Shown here piece by piece: positions 32,693 through 44,559 of a DNA stretch of 64,000 nucleotides. A model generated the notes under the pieces. That model saw only the letters and a program-made list of their open reading frames with translations. It was not told the DNA's origin and ran no database searches. Within the stretch, counting starts at the first letter, position 1, and the number at the start of each line of letters is the position of its first letter. This DNA is from an uncultured Acidobacteriota bacterium. Its GTDB lineage: Bacteria; Acidobacteriota; Polarisedimenticolia; J045. The translations under genes were made by a program, and so were the position numbers. The stretch is from contig CAVPCQ010000015.1 of the NCBI GenBank assembly GCA_963702425.1, positions 64,001 through 128,000 on the forward strand, given 5' to 3'.

Positions 32693-34075
32693 ATGGGCGA
32701 GCCACGGAACGTGCTGGTCGTGGGGCTGGGCCGATCGGGCCGGGCCGCGGCGCGCTTCCTGCTCGCCCGCGGCGACCGCGTGACCGCGACCGACGCGCTT
32801 CCGCTCGAGAAGCTCGACCGCGAGGCGGTCGCGCTCGGCGCCGCCGGGGTGCGCCTGGCCTGCGGCGGCCACGAGGCGCGCGACTTCGCGGCGGCGGAGC
32901 TGGTGGTGCTGTCGCCCGGCGTGCCGGTCACACTGCCGGAACTCGACGCCGCCCGCTCGCGCGGCGTGCCGATCGTCTCCGAACTCGACCTGGTCGCCGA
33001 GCGGGTCGGGCCGCGCGCGGTGCTGATCACCGGGAGCAACGGCAAGACGACGACGACCGCGCTGGTGGCCGAGATGCTCAAGGCGGCCGGCAGGGACGCG
33101 GTCGCCTGCGGCAACTACGGCCTGCCCCTCGTCGACGCCGTGCAGGGCGACAGCGGCAGTCGCTGGTACGCGATCGAGATCTCGAGCTTCCAGCTCGAGA
33201 CGACCTTCGCGCTGCGTGCCGCGGCCGCGATCCTGCTCAACGTCCAGGCGGACCACCTCGACCGGCACGGCAGCTTCGCGGCCTACCGGGCGGCCAAGTT
33301 CCGCGTCGCCGACGACCGCGCGAAGGGGGCACCGCTGGTGCTGGGGGCCGACGATCCGGAGCTGGCCCCGCTGGCGGCGACCGCGCGCCCGCCGGTCCTC
33401 CAGGTCTCGGCGCTGCGGCGCGTGACCGCGGGCGGCTTCGTCGAGCACGGCGAGCTGAAGCTCGCGGTCGGCGGGCGCGAGGAGACGCTCGCCGGCGCCG
33501 TCGAGCTCCAACTCCCGGGCCGTCACAACCGGGTCAACGTGCTCGCCGCGGCGGTCGCACTGCGCGCCGCCGGCTTCCCGCTCGAGCCCCTGCGTCGCGG
33601 GGCGCTGTCCTTCGTCCCGCTGCCGCACCGGCTGCAGGAGGTCGCGCTGGTGCGCGGCGTGCGCTACGTCGACGACTCGAAGGGAACGAACGTCGGGGCG
33701 GTGCTCGAGGCGCTGGTCGCGATGCGCGAGACGCTGGCTCCGGGGGCGCGGATCTTCACGCTGCTCGGCGGACGCGACAAGGACTCCGACTTCCGACCGC
33801 TGCTTGCGTCGCTCGCCGCGCACGGCGGGATCCCGGTCACGTTCGGCGAGGCCGGCCCGCGGATCGCCGACGTGCTGGACGCGGGCGGGGTCGCGGCGCT
33901 CCGGCGCGGCGCGTTGGAGGACGCCGTCGCTCATGCCGCGTCGCTCGCCGTCCCGGGCGACCTCGTGCTGCTCTCGCCCGCCTGTGCGTCGTTCGACGCC
34001 TTCACCGGCTACGCCGCGCGGGGCGACGCTTTCGCCGCCGCCGCGCGGGCCCTCGCCGCGGAGACCGCGCCGTGA
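32693..34075 (+). CDS. murD: MurD
   Basis: GLGRSG, TGSNGKTT, EISSFQL, DHLDRH, DDSKGTN, LSPACASFD. Confidence 0.96.
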   Translation: MGEPRNVLVVGLGRSGRAAARFLLARGDRVTATDALPLEKLDREAVALGAAGVRLACGGHEARDFAAAELVVLSPGVPVTLPELDAARSRGVPIVSELDLVAERVGPRAVLITGSNGKTTTTALVAEMLKAAGRDAVACGNYGLPLVDAVQGDSGSRWYAIEISSFQLETTFALRAAAAILLNVQADHLDRHGSFAAYRAAKFRVADDRAKGAPLVLGADDPELAPLAATARPPVLQVSALRRVTAGGFVEHGELKLAVGGREETLAGAVELQLPGRHNRVNVLAAAVALRAAGFPLEPLRRGALSFVPLPHRLQEVALVRGVRYVDDSKGTNVGAVLEALVAMRETLAPGARIFTLLGGRDKDSDFRPLLASLAAHGGIPVTFGEAGPRIADVLDAGGVAALRRGALEDAVAHAASLAVPGDLVLLSPACASFDAFTGYAARGDAFAAAARALAAETAP

Positions 34076-35202
34076 ACAGCACCCCCGCCGCCCGCTACCG
34101 CGCCCAGGCGCCCGATGCGGTCTTCTCCAGCATCGCGCTCGCGCTGCTCGTCGCCGGCGTGCTGATGTCGGCCTCCGCCCGGGTCTACGCCGAGGCGACC
34201 CAGGGCGGCGTGCCGCGTGGGCTCTTCAGTTCCGGCCTGCACCTCGCGGTCGGGCTGCTTCTGCTCGTAATGACCGTCGTCGTCGACTACCACCGGCTGG
34301 CGCGGCCGGGGACGATCTGGGCGATGCTGATCGGGGTTTCGGTGCTGCTCGTCGCGGCGCTGCTCGGGCCGGAGATCGCCAACACCCACCGCTGGCTTTC
34401 ACTCGGCGGCGTGCGTTTCCAGCCCTCGGAACTGACCAAGCCGGTGCTGGTGCTGGCCCTCGCGGCCGCCCTCCTGCGGACCGGGACGGAGTTGCGGACC
34501 GCGCACGGGCTGGCGCGGCCGATCGGGATCGCGGCCTGGCTCGGCGCGCTGGTGCTGGTGGGCAAGGACCTCGGCACGCCGGTCCTGCTGTTCGGCGGCA
34601 CGTTGGCCCTGGTGATCGCCGCGGGTGCGCGCTGGCGGCACGTCGCCGCGCTGGTCGGGGCCGGAATCGCGTTCTTCCGGCTCTTTGCGGAGATGGAGCC
34701 GTACCGCGCCGCGCGGCTCGCTGACTTCACCTCGGCGGTGATCTTCGACCCGCACCGGCTGGGCGACATCGAATACCAGCTACGGCAGTCGATCATCGCG
34801 ATCGGCTCGGGCGGGCCCCTCGGCCGCGGCTTCGGCGCCTCGACGCAGAAGGCCTTTTTCCTGCCCAAGGCCGACAACGACTTCATCTTCGCGTTGATCT
34901 GCGAGGAGCTGGGCCTGTGGGGGGGCGTGGCGGTGGTGACCGCGTTCCTGCTCCTGGCCTGGCGTGGCTGGGTAGCGGGCGAGCGCGCGCCGGACGACCT
35001 GGGGCGACTGATCGCGCTCGGCGCCACGGTGCTGCTGGTCGGTCAGGGGCTCTGCCACATGGGCGTCGTCACCGGCCTACTGCCGACCAAGGGCCTGCCG
35101 CTGCCGTTCCTCTCGACCGGCGGCAGCTCGGTCGTCGCGAGCTGCATCCTCGTCGGGCTGGTACTGAACGTCTCCGTCCGGAGCCGGCGCGATGACCACT
35201 GA
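34072..35202 (+). CDS. ftsW: FtsW (SEDS glycosyltransferase)
   Basis: RWL, FQPSEL.K, YQLRQS..AIGSGG, DFIFA.ICEELG, GLPLPFLS.GGSS. Confidence 0.92.
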   Translation: MNSTPAARYRAQAPDAVFSSIALALLVAGVLMSASARVYAEATQGGVPRGLFSSGLHLAVGLLLLVMTVVVDYHRLARPGTIWAMLIGVSVLLVAALLGPEIANTHRWLSLGGVRFQPSELTKPVLVLALAAALLRTGTELRTAHGLARPIGIAAWLGALVLVGKDLGTPVLLFGGTLALVIAAGARWRHVAALVGAGIAFFRLFAEMEPYRAARLADFTSAVIFDPHRLGDIEYQLRQSIIAIGSGGPLGRGFGASTQKAFFLPKADNDFIFALICEELGLWGGVAVVTAFLLLAWRGWVAGERAPDDLGRLIALGATVLLVGQGLCHMGVVTGLLPTKGLPLPFLSTGGSSVVASCILVGLVLNVSVRSRRDDH

Positions 35203-36270
35203 CGCCCGGAGCGCGCCGATCGTGATCGCCGGCGGCGGAACCGGCGGTCACGTGTTCCCCGGCCTCGCCCTGGCCGAGGAGCTGCGCCGCCGCCGCCCGG
35301 AGCGGCCGCTGGCGTGGGTCGGTGCGCGCGGCGGGATCGAGGAGCGGCTTGTGCCGCGGGCCGGGATCCCGCTGGCGGTGCTGCCGATGAGCGGCCTCGC
35401 GCGCGTTGGAGCGTTCGAGCGCGCCGGTGCGCTCGCCCGGGCCCTGTTTGCGACGCTGCGGCTCGCCGGCCGCTTCCTGGTGAAGCGCCCGGCACTCGTG
35501 GTCGGCGTCGGCGGGTTCGCCTCCGGGCCGGCGGTGCTGGCGGCGGCGCTCCTGCGGGTACCGACGCTGCTGCTCGAGCAGAACGCCGTCGCCGGGATGA
35601 CGAACCGGTCGCTCGCACGCTGGGCTTCGGCCGTGGCCGCGAGCTTCGCGGAGAGCGCAAAGGACCTCCCGGGGCGGGTCGTCGTGACCGGCAACCCGGT
35701 GCGGGCCGAGATCGCCGCGATTCCCGAGCGTCGGCCCGGTCCGGTCCGCCGCGTGCTCGGCTTCGGCGGCAGCCGCGGCGCGCACGCGCTCAACCTGGCC
35801 TGGGCCGGCGCACTGCCGCGCCTGGCCGGCCTTCCGGTAGCGTTCACGCTGCAGACCGGCGAGACCGACCTCGCGCTCGTGCGCAACGCTGCGGTCGCGG
35901 CGGGGATCGAGGCCGAGGTGCTCGCCTTCCTCGACGACCTGCCCGCCCGGCTGGCCGCCGCCGACCTGGTCGTCTCCCGGGCCGGCGCGACGACCGTCGC
36001 CGAGCTGACCGCTGCGGGCCGCGCCGCGGTTCTGGTCCCCTTCCCGCAGGCCGCGAACGATCACCAGCGCGCGAACGCCCTGGCCCTTGCGGCCCGCGGC
36101 GCGGCCCGCGTGCTCGAGCAGAAGGAGCTCACCCCCGAGCGCCTGGCCGAACTGCTCCACGCGGCGGTGCGCGAGCCGGGCACGGTCGACGCGATGGCGT
36201 GCGCGGCGCGGGGCTGCGGCATCCCGGATGCCGCCGCGCGTGTCGCCGATCTGGCCGAGGAGCTAGCCGC

Positions 36271-36274
<4 letters not shown>
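35192..36274 (+). CDS. murG: MurG
   Basis: GGGTGGHVFP, GGFAS, EQN, GNPVR, GGSRGA, HQ.ANA. Confidence 0.96.
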
Positions 36275-37661
<1,387 letters not shown>

Positions 37662-37665
<4 letters not shown>

Positions 37666-38600
37666 ACGAGGGGACGATGGTCGCGGCGGAGCGCGGGTTC
37701 TACGAGACGGCAGCCGAGCGCGCAGGGGTGCGCGCGCTGGCCGAGGAGCCGCTCGCGCGCCATACGACGATGCGCGTCGGCGGCCCCGCGCAGTGGTTCT
37801 TCCTGCCCGGGACGCCGGAATCCGCAGCGCGCCTGTGGGCCGAACTCCGGCGCGGCCCGCTGCCGCTGCGGATCCTCGGCTGGGGCAGCAATGTGGTCGC
37901 CGTCGACGAGGGAATCCGGGCCGCGGTCGTCTGCACCGACGCGCTGCGCCGCGACCCGGAACTGCTGGCGGACCACCGGGTTCTGGCGTGGGCCGGCGTG
38001 CCGGTGCCGGGGCTCGCGCGCTGGGCGGCGACCCACGGCCTTGCGGGCCTGGAGTTCGCGGAGGGGATCCCGGCCCAGCTCGGCGGCGCGGTGCGGATGA
38101 ACGCCGGGGCCAATCGGTCGTCGTTCTCCGAGGTCGTCGAGATGGCGCTGGTGGCAGGCGACGACGGCACCGTCGTCGAACGGGTGCTCGGCCCCGCGGA
38201 CTTTGCCTACCGCGAGAGCTTCGCCTCCCGGGAGCGGCTCTTCGTGCTCGGCGCCCGGCTGCGCCTCGCGCCGGGCGACCCGGCGGAGATCCGCGCCCGG
38301 ATGACCGGGTACCGCGACCGGCGGCGCGCGACGCAGCCGATCCAGCTCCCCTCCGCGGGGTGCGTCTTCGCCAACTACGCCGACCACTCGGTGGGGGCGC
38401 TGGTCGAGCGCCTCGGGCTGAAAGGGACGCGGCGCGGCGACGCGGAGGTCTCCACCCTGCACGGAAACTTCATCGTCAACCGCGGGCGCGCGAGCGCCGC
38501 CGACGTCCTCGGGCTGCTCGAGGAGGTCCACGCTGCGCTGGCCGCGGCGACCGGCCGGCCGCCGCGGATCGAGATCGAGATCTGGAGGGACGAGGCGTGA
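37662..38600 (+). CDS. murB: MurB
   Basis: HTTMRVGGPA, GSN, GIP..GGAVRMNAGA, QP...PSAGCVF.N, HGNFIVN. Confidence 0.94.
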
Positions 38601-39484
38601 ACGAGGCGCTCTCCTTCATCCGGCGCCAGCGCAGGCCGAAGCGCCGCAAGGTGGCGCGGCGGCCGCGCTGGATCTGGCCGGCCGCGGCCTTCGGTGCGCT
38701 GTGCGCGGCGGCCGGCCTCTGGCTGGGCCTGCGCGCACTGCTGACCGCGCCGGTGGTGCGGGTACGCAAGGTCGACGTCTCCGGCACCGCGCGCCTGACG
38801 CCCGACCGCGTCCAGCGCGCCGTGGCCGACGCCGTCGGGCAGCCGATCCTGCTGCTCGATCTGGATGCCCTGCGCGCGCGGATCGAGGACGTGGCCGGGG
38901 TCAAGGCGGCCGCGATCGCGCGCCACATGCCGGACCTGCTCCAGGTTCGGGTCGTCGAGCGCGAGGCGGTCCTGCGCACCACGATCGGCGGCGCGGCAGC
39001 GATGCTCGACGCGACGGGAGCGATCTTCCCCGCCGGTCGCGCCCAGGCCGGCGACGAGCACCTGCCGGCGGCGACCGGATTCGACACGGTGATGGGCGCG
39101 GCCCGGCTCATCCCGCGCGACCAGTCGGCGCTGCGCGCGCTGGCGGCGCTGCGGAAAGCGGCGCCGGCCGTCGCCGCGGTCACGCCGGCGACGTTCGACC
39201 TTTCCGAGCCGGACCGGATCGTGCTGACGCTCGAGGGGGAGACGCCCCCGCTCTGGCTCGATCGCGAGCAGCCGGAGCGCAACCTCTCGCAGTTCTTCGC
39301 CTGGCGCGAGCGCGTGACCGATCTCGCGACCGGGCGCCCGATCGACCTGCGGTTTCCGAACCGCCTGACCCTGGTGGCGGTCGAGCTGCCTCCGGAGGCC
39401 GCCGTTCCAGACGCCGCCGCCGATACCTATCCCCCGGACACCACGCCGGCGCCCACCGCGCGCCGGACCGCCCTGACGGAATGA
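38597..39484 (+). CDS. ftsQ: FtsQ/DivIB
   Basis: Basic N-terminus, single TM, POTRA domain, 'IDLRF'. Located before ftsA. Confidence 0.85.
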   Translation: MNEALSFIRRQRRPKRRKVARRPRWIWPAAAFGALCAAAGLWLGLRALLTAPVVRVRKVDVSGTARLTPDRVQRAVADAVGQPILLLDLDALRARIEDVAGVKAAAIARHMPDLLQVRVVEREAVLRTTIGGAAAMLDATGAIFPAGRAQAGDEHLPAATGFDTVMGAARLIPRDQSALRALAALRKAAPAVAAVTPATFDLSEPDRIVLTLEGETPPLWLDREQPERNLSQFFAWRERVTDLATGRPIDLRFPNRLTLVAVELPPEAAVPDAAADTYPPDTTPAPTARRTALTE

Positions 39485-39492
39485 GGTGACGA

Positions 39493-40740
39493 ATGCCCAA
39501 GACGAACAACCTGCTGACCTCGATCGACCTGGGCACCCACCGGTGCTGCTGCGTCATCTCCGAGATCTCCGGACCGGAATCGGTCGAGGTGATCGGCGTC
39601 GGATCGCGCCGCACCGACGGGATCCGCAAGGGAGTGATCGTGAACCTCGAGGCGCTCGTGGCCTCGATCCGCGGCGCGATCGACCAGGCCGAGTCCGACG
39701 CCAACGCCACGGTCCACTCCGTGATCGCCTCGGTCCCGGCCGCGCAGGCCAGGTCGTTCACCTCACGCGGCGGGGTCACGGTCGCCGCGCGCGACCGGGT
39801 CGTAACGCGCAAGGACCTCGCCAAGGTCGACGAGATGGTCCGCGCGGTGCAGATCCCGCCCGGGCAGTCGATCCTCCACGTCGTGCCGCAGGAGTTCACG
39901 CTCGACGGCCAGGAGGGGATCCAGGACCCGGTCGGCATGACCGGCTCGCGGCTCGAGGGGAGCTTCCACGTCGTCACCGTGCCGCAGCAGACCGCGCAGC
40001 ACGTCGTGACCGCGCTCAACGCGGCCCACATCGACAACGTCGAGTCGCTGGTCTACCCGCTGCTCGCGTCGAGCGAGGCGGTGCTCACGCGCGAGGAGCG
40101 GGACAACGGCGTCTTCCTGATCGACTGCGGCGCGGGGACGACCGACCTGGCACTGTTCGAGCGCGGCGCGCTCTGGTTCACCGGCTCCTACCCGGTGGCC
40201 GGCGACCTGATCACCAACGACATCTCGATCGGCCTGCGGACCCCGGTGCCGGAGGCCGAGGCGCTCAAGCGCTCGCAGGCGCGCGCGGTGGCGGGCCTCG
40301 ACGACGACGTGGTGCTCGAGGTCCCGACCGTCGGGGGCGGCGCCCCGCGGCTGGTCGCCTGCTCGCTCCTGACGCAGGTCGTCGCGCCGCGGGTGATGGA
40401 GATCTTCGAGCTGTCGCGGCAGATCATGGACCGCTTCAAGCTCCACCACCGGGCACGCGCGGGTGCGGTGCTCGTGGGCGGGACCGCGAACCTCGACGGG
40501 ATCGTCGAGGTCGCGGAGGAAGTGCTCGGCATGCCGGTGCGCGTGGGGGTGCCGCAGGGCGTCCTCTCGCGGGCGGGCGAGATCGACGCGCCGAGCTTCG
40601 CGGGGCCCGTGGGGCTGCTGGCGTGGGAGATGCGCGTGGGGCGGCGGCAACGGGCCGCCAAGACGGTCAGCCGGAATCCGCTCCACCTGATCCGGGAGAG
40701 CGTGGGACGGGCTTCGCAGTGGTTCGGACAGATGTTCTGA
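39493..40740 (+). CDS. ftsA: FtsA
   Basis: [34 protein letters not shown]-terminal amphipathic WFGQMF. Confidence 0.95.
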   Translation: MPKTNNLLTSIDLGTHRCCCVISEISGPESVEVIGVGSRRTDGIRKGVIVNLEALVASIRGAIDQAESDANATVHSVIASVPAAQARSFTSRGGVTVAARDRVVTRKDLAKVDEMVRAVQIPPGQSILHVVPQEFTLDGQEGIQDPVGMTGSRLEGSFHVVTVPQQTAQHVVTALNAAHIDNVESLVYPLLASSEAVLTREERDNGVFLIDCGAGTTDLALFERGALWFTGSYPVAGDLITNDISIGLRTPVPEAEALKRSQARAVAGLDDDVVLEVPTVGGGAPRLVACSLLTQVVAPRVMEIFELSRQIMDRFKLHHRARAGAVLVGGTANLDGIVEVAEEVLGMPVRVGVPQGVLSRAGEIDAPSFAGPVGLLAWEMRVGRRQRAAKTVSRNPLHLIRESVGRASQWFGQMF

Positions 40741-40769
40741 GCCCGATGGATCGACGGGAGGCAACAGCG

Positions 40770-42056
40770 ATGGAAACCAGGAACGAGAGCACGGGGTCGC
40801 GGCAGAAGTTCACGCTCGACGATCTCGAGGAGGCCGGCCGGCTGCACTTTGCGGCGCTGGACGGGCGGACCACGCCGCTGGGCGCCGTGATCAAGGTCGT
40901 GGGCGTGGGCGGCGGCGGCAACAACGCGATCAATCGGATGATCGGAGCGGGGGTCTCGGGCGTCGAGTTCATCAGCGTGAACACCGACATGCAGGCGCTG
41001 GAGCTGTCGCGCGCGGCGCGGAAGATCCAGATCGGCGGCCAGCTGACGCGCGGCCTCGGCGCCGGCGCCAAGCCCGAGGTCGGGCGGGACGCGGCGCTCG
41101 AGGACACTGAGCGGCTGCTCGACGCGCTGGTCGGCGCCGACATGGTGTTCGTCACCGCAGGCCTCGGCGGCGGCACCGGCACCGGGGCCTCCCCGATCAT
41201 CGCCGGCCTCGCGGCCGAGCTGGGCGCGCTCGTGGTGGCGGTCGTCACCAAGCCGTTCGGCTTCGAAGGGCGGCGGCGGCGCGACCAGGCCGAGCTGGGC
41301 CTGCTCGAGCTGAAGAAGTCTGTCGACACCGTGATCGCGATCCCCAACGAGAAGCTGCTGGCCACGGTGGCCCGCGATACCTCGATGCAGAACGCCTTCA
41401 TGATGGCCGACGACGTCCTGCGCCAGGCGGTCCAGGGGATCTCCGATCTGATTCTCGTCCCGGGCGACATCAACCGCGACTTCGCGGACGTGCGCACCGT
41501 GATGAAGGGGATGGGGATGGCGCTGATGGGGACCGGGATCGCGGAGGGCGAGCACCGCGCGGTCGCTGCGGCGCAGCAGGCGATCAGCTCTCCGCTGCTC
41601 GAGGACACCTCGATCCAGGGGGCGCAGGGCGTGATCTTCAACATCACGGGCGGCGACGACCTGTCGCTGCACGAGGTCAACGAGGCGGCGCAAATCGTTC
41701 ACGACGCCTGCGACCCCGACGCCACGATCCTCTTCGGCTACGTCGCACGGCCCGAGATGCGCGGCCGGGTCAAGGTGACGGTCATCGCGACCGGCTTCAG
41801 CCAGCCGATCGCCCCTCGCCCGGAGCGGATCGAGGCGCCGCGCCTCGTCCAGGGGCTCGCGACGCCCGCCATGGCGCCGATGGACCAGCCGCTCGAGTTC
41901 GACCCGATCCCGGCACCGATCGTCACTCCGCAGCGCCTGACCAGCCTCGAGGACTTCCCCCCGTTCGGCGACGACGGGATGCTGCCGCACCTCGACCGCT
42001 CGTCCGACATCACCGACTACGAGATCCCGACGTACATCCGCCGGATGCAGGACTGA
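40770..42056 (+). CDS. ftsZ: FtsZ
   Basis: [27 protein letters not shown]-terminal [17 protein letters not shown]. Confidence 0.98.
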   Translation: METRNESTGSRQKFTLDDLEEAGRLHFAALDGRTTPLGAVIKVVGVGGGGNNAINRMIGAGVSGVEFISVNTDMQALELSRAARKIQIGGQLTRGLGAGAKPEVGRDAALEDTERLLDALVGADMVFVTAGLGGGTGTGASPIIAGLAAELGALVVAVVTKPFGFEGRRRRDQAELGLLELKKSVDTVIAIPNEKLLATVARDTSMQNAFMMADDVLRQAVQGISDLILVPGDINRDFADVRTVMKGMGMALMGTGIAEGEHRAVAAAQQAISSPLLEDTSIQGAQGVIFNITGGDDLSLHEVNEAAQIVHDACDPDATILFGYVARPEMRGRVKVTVIATGFSQPIAPRPERIEAPRLVQGLATPAMAPMDQPLEFDPIPAPIVTPQRLTSLEDFPPFGDDGMLPHLDRSSDITDYEIPTYIRRMQD

Positions 42057-42060
42057 TCCG

Positions 42061-43137
42061 GTGTCGACCCGCCTGCGCGCGCTGCGACCGGAGGTCCGGC
42101 GACGGGTGCTGGTCATCGACGGCGACGCCGCTGTCGCGTCGGCCGTCGTACGGCTCTGTCGTACGACGGGAATCGAGGTCGTGCATGCAGAGGACGGCGA
42201 GCGCGGCCTGGCCTTCGCCGCAGAGCAGGCCCCGGACCTGATCCTGCTCGACCTCGCGCTGCCGGGTCGCGATGGGATCGACGTGCTGCCGGACCTACGG
42301 GCCGAGCCTGCGCTCGCCTCGGTTCCGATCGTGGTCGTCTCGGGGCGCGCCTCGCGCGTGGCGCAGTCGGCGGCGTTCCGCGCCGGCGCCGACGATTTCA
42401 TCACCAAGCCGTTCCACGGCACCGACCTCGACGCGCGGGTGCGCGCCAACCTCAGGAAGCGCGACCTGTACCTGCGGCTGGAGCGCACCAACCAGGAGCT
42501 GCGCGCGGCCAACGAGCGATGGAGGACCCTCTCCGCGACCGACGAGCTGACCTCCCTGGCGAACCGCCGTGCGCTCTCCTCCCGGCTCGCGGAGGAATTC
42601 GCGAGGGCCGAGCGGTACGAGACCCCGCTCTCGGTCGTCGCGGCGGATCTCGACGGCTTCAAGCAGCTCAACGACACCTACGGGCACGGCGTCGGCGATC
42701 GCGTACTGTCGCAGATGGCCCGCCGGCTGCGGGCGCTGGCCCGCGCGACGGACCTCGTCGCGCGCATCGGAGGCGACGAATTCGCCTTCGTGCTCCCACA
42801 CACCGGCCTCGCCGACGCCCGCGCCTTCGCCGAGCGCCTGCTCGCCCGCTTCGATGTCGTCCCGCTCCGCCTCCCGGGCGGCGACGCGATCGCCGTGCGA
42901 TTGTCCTGCGGCGTCGCGACGCTACCCGACAGCGGACCGGTCGAATCGGCGGACGCGCTGCTCGAGGCCGCCGACCGCGCGCTCTACGAGGCCAAGCGGG
43001 CCGGCGGCGCGCGCGCGATCTGCGCGCGCCCGGAGCAGATCCCGCGCAACCGGCCGCTGCCGGTGGACCCGCTCGAACGCCTTGCCGAATTCCACCCGTC
43101 CCGCCGCGAAAGCGGGATGGGCGCACAACCGGACTGA
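42061..43137 (+). CDS. Response-regulator diguanylate cyclase (REC-GGDEF)
   Basis: REC (LLDLALP, KPF), intact GGDEF, RxxD I-site (RATD), DGFKQLNDTYGH. Confidence 0.9.
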   Translation: MSTRLRALRPEVRRRVLVIDGDAAVASAVVRLCRTTGIEVVHAEDGERGLAFAAEQAPDLILLDLALPGRDGIDVLPDLRAEPALASVPIVVVSGRASRVAQSAAFRAGADDFITKPFHGTDLDARVRANLRKRDLYLRLERTNQELRAANERWRTLSATDELTSLANRRALSSRLAEEFARAERYETPLSVVAADLDGFKQLNDTYGHGVGDRVLSQMARRLRALARATDLVARIGGDEFAFVLPHTGLADARAFAERLLARFDVVPLRLPGGDAIAVRLSCGVATLPDSGPVESADALLEAADRALYEAKRAGGARAICARPEQIPRNRPLPVDPLERLAEFHPSRRESGMGAQPD

Positions 43138-43148
43138 ACGGTCCGGTC

Positions 43149-43294
43149 CGGGGGAAAGGACCCGACGGTGATTCTCGCCGCTTCAACCCTCCCGCCACCC
43201 CAGGCGCATGTCGCGCCCCGGCCCGCCGGACTTCCCGCCGGCGAGGCCGCGAACCCACTTCCCTGACCCGGCGGACCTTTCCCCCGCGCTTTTT
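43149..43294. ncRNA. Candidate structured RNA (unassigned)
   Basis: Closing stem cgggggaaagg (43149-43159) / cctttcccccg (43276-43286) encloses three small hairpins and is followed by TTTTT. Confidence 0.3.
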
Positions 43295-43300
43295 GCACGA

Positions 43301-43331
43301 AGGGGCGGCCGGTAGGCCGCCCCTGCTCTTT
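43301..43331 (+). terminator. Terminator-like hairpin
   Basis: Perfect 10-bp stem aggggcggcc-ggta-ggccgcccct, then gctcttt. Confidence 0.6.
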
Positions 43332-43380
43332 CCGCGTGCGCCCGGCCCGGGGCATCCGTGCCGGCGAACGGGGTCGGCGA

Positions 43381-43541
43381 GTGTCACGTAACCGAAGTCA
43401 GGTTAATGCCAGGGCGAGGATGGCGAGCCGAGGGCAAGGCGCGACGACGCCGCTGTACTGAACCGTACAGCAAGGAGGAGCAACGCAGCCATCGGCTTGC
43501 CAGACCGCCCCGGCGTTAACATGACTTCGGTTACGTGACAC
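43381..43541. mobile_element. 161-bp palindromic MITE-like element
   Basis: 36-bp terminal inverted repeats (33/36 match, first 20 perfect) with further internal pairing and a central gctgtac/gtacagc hairpin. Right flank is TAG and left flank is CGA. No transposase. Confidence 0.7.
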
Positions 43542-44008
43542 TAGAACCCCGGCGGATTCTGGTTCGGCAGCAGCTCGACCTTGCTGACGAAGTACTCGGT
43601 CTCGCCGAAGCAGCTGGTCGGCACGAACTTGTGCTGCTCGTAGTGCAGGCGGACGCGCTGGCCGAGCATCCGGTTGATTTCCGCCGCGGTCGCGTCCTCG
43701 CGCACCGAGAAGCGGAAGATCTCCGGCATCGAGCCCGGGTAGTTCACCATCGCCAGCTGCCCTTCCCAGGTCTTGCAGAGCCAGCCGCTCTTGCTGAACT
43801 TCTGCACCACACCGGTCCGCTCGCCGCTGGAGTAGTCGAAGCTCAGCGCGAGCCAGGTCCAGAGCGCGGCCACGCCGATGGCCGCGAAGAGAACAATCCA
43901 CAGCGCGCGCTTGAGCCAGCGCCAGCCGCGCGCGAGAAAGCCCGGGCCCTCGGGCGCAGGCGGAGCGGCGGAGCCGGGGGCGGTCGATGCGGGCGGAATC
44001 GTGGCCAT
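43541..44008 (-). CDS. Conserved hypothetical single-TM membrane protein
   Basis: One TM, then YSSGERTGVVQKFSKSGWLCKTWEG.L, F.FSV, L.Y.QH and GETEYFV, a widespread uncharacterised family pattern. Confidence 0.75.
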   Translation of the reverse strand: MATIPPASTAPGSAAPPAPEGPGFLARGWRWLKRALWIVLFAAIGVAALWTWLALSFDYSSGERTGVVQKFSKSGWLCKTWEGQLAMVNYPGSMPEIFRFSVREDATAAEINRMLGQRVRLHYEQHKFVPTSCFGETEYFVSKVELLPNQNPPGF

Positions 44009-44020
44009 GGCGGGTTCTCC

Positions 44021-44437
44021 CTAGGCGTTGCTGACGACCATGATGCAGGCGTCGTAGACCGTCTTGAACGGCGCCCCGTGAACGAACGCCAGGACGCTCT
44101 CGTCGAAGCTGCCGTCCTGCAGCCAGACCGCCGGCAGCCCGAGCGCGGCGACCTCCCTCAGCACGGCCAGCGTCACCGGCGGCGGCGTGACCATGGTCAC
44201 GATGTCGATCGGCTTCGGCGCCGCGGCCAGCGAGGCGTAGGCGGGCAGGCCGGCGATCTCGGGCTCCTTGGGGTTGATCGGCAGGACCGTGTAGCCCTTG
44301 CCGTGCAGGTTGCCGACGATGATGAAGCCGTACTTCGCGGGGTTCGTGCTCGCCCCGACGACGGCGATCCGCGTCCCCGGCCCCTTGCGGGCCAGCACCG
44401 CCAGCACTGCGGGAGGGTGCGGGTTCTCGTGGGTCAC
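44021..44437 (-). CDS. CoA-binding protein (YccU-like)
   Basis: IAVVGAS.NP.KYG, PINP, VWLQ.G, 'DACIMV'. Confidence 0.85.
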   Translation of the reverse strand: MTHENPHPPAVLAVLARKGPGTRIAVVGASTNPAKYGFIIVGNLHGKGYTVLPINPKEPEIAGLPAYASLAAAPKPIDIVTMVTPPPVTLAVLREVAALGLPAVWLQDGSFDESVLAFVHGAPFKTVYDACIMVVSNA

Positions 44438-44559
44438 GGTGATCTCTCCGGGCGGGGGCCGGCCGGGCCAGCGCGGGCGGGATCTTACCCCGGACGTCGG
44501 GCGGGGTTCCTCCCCCGGCCGGTGGCTGCGGCGGGGGGCTCTCCCCGATACTTCCCGCG

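Noticed and set aside
43149-43290. 6S RNA, SRP RNA or tRNA identity for the structured segment
   Set aside because: It is too short for 6S, lacks the SRP domain IV motif and has no T-loop or CCA. It is kept only as an unassigned candidate.
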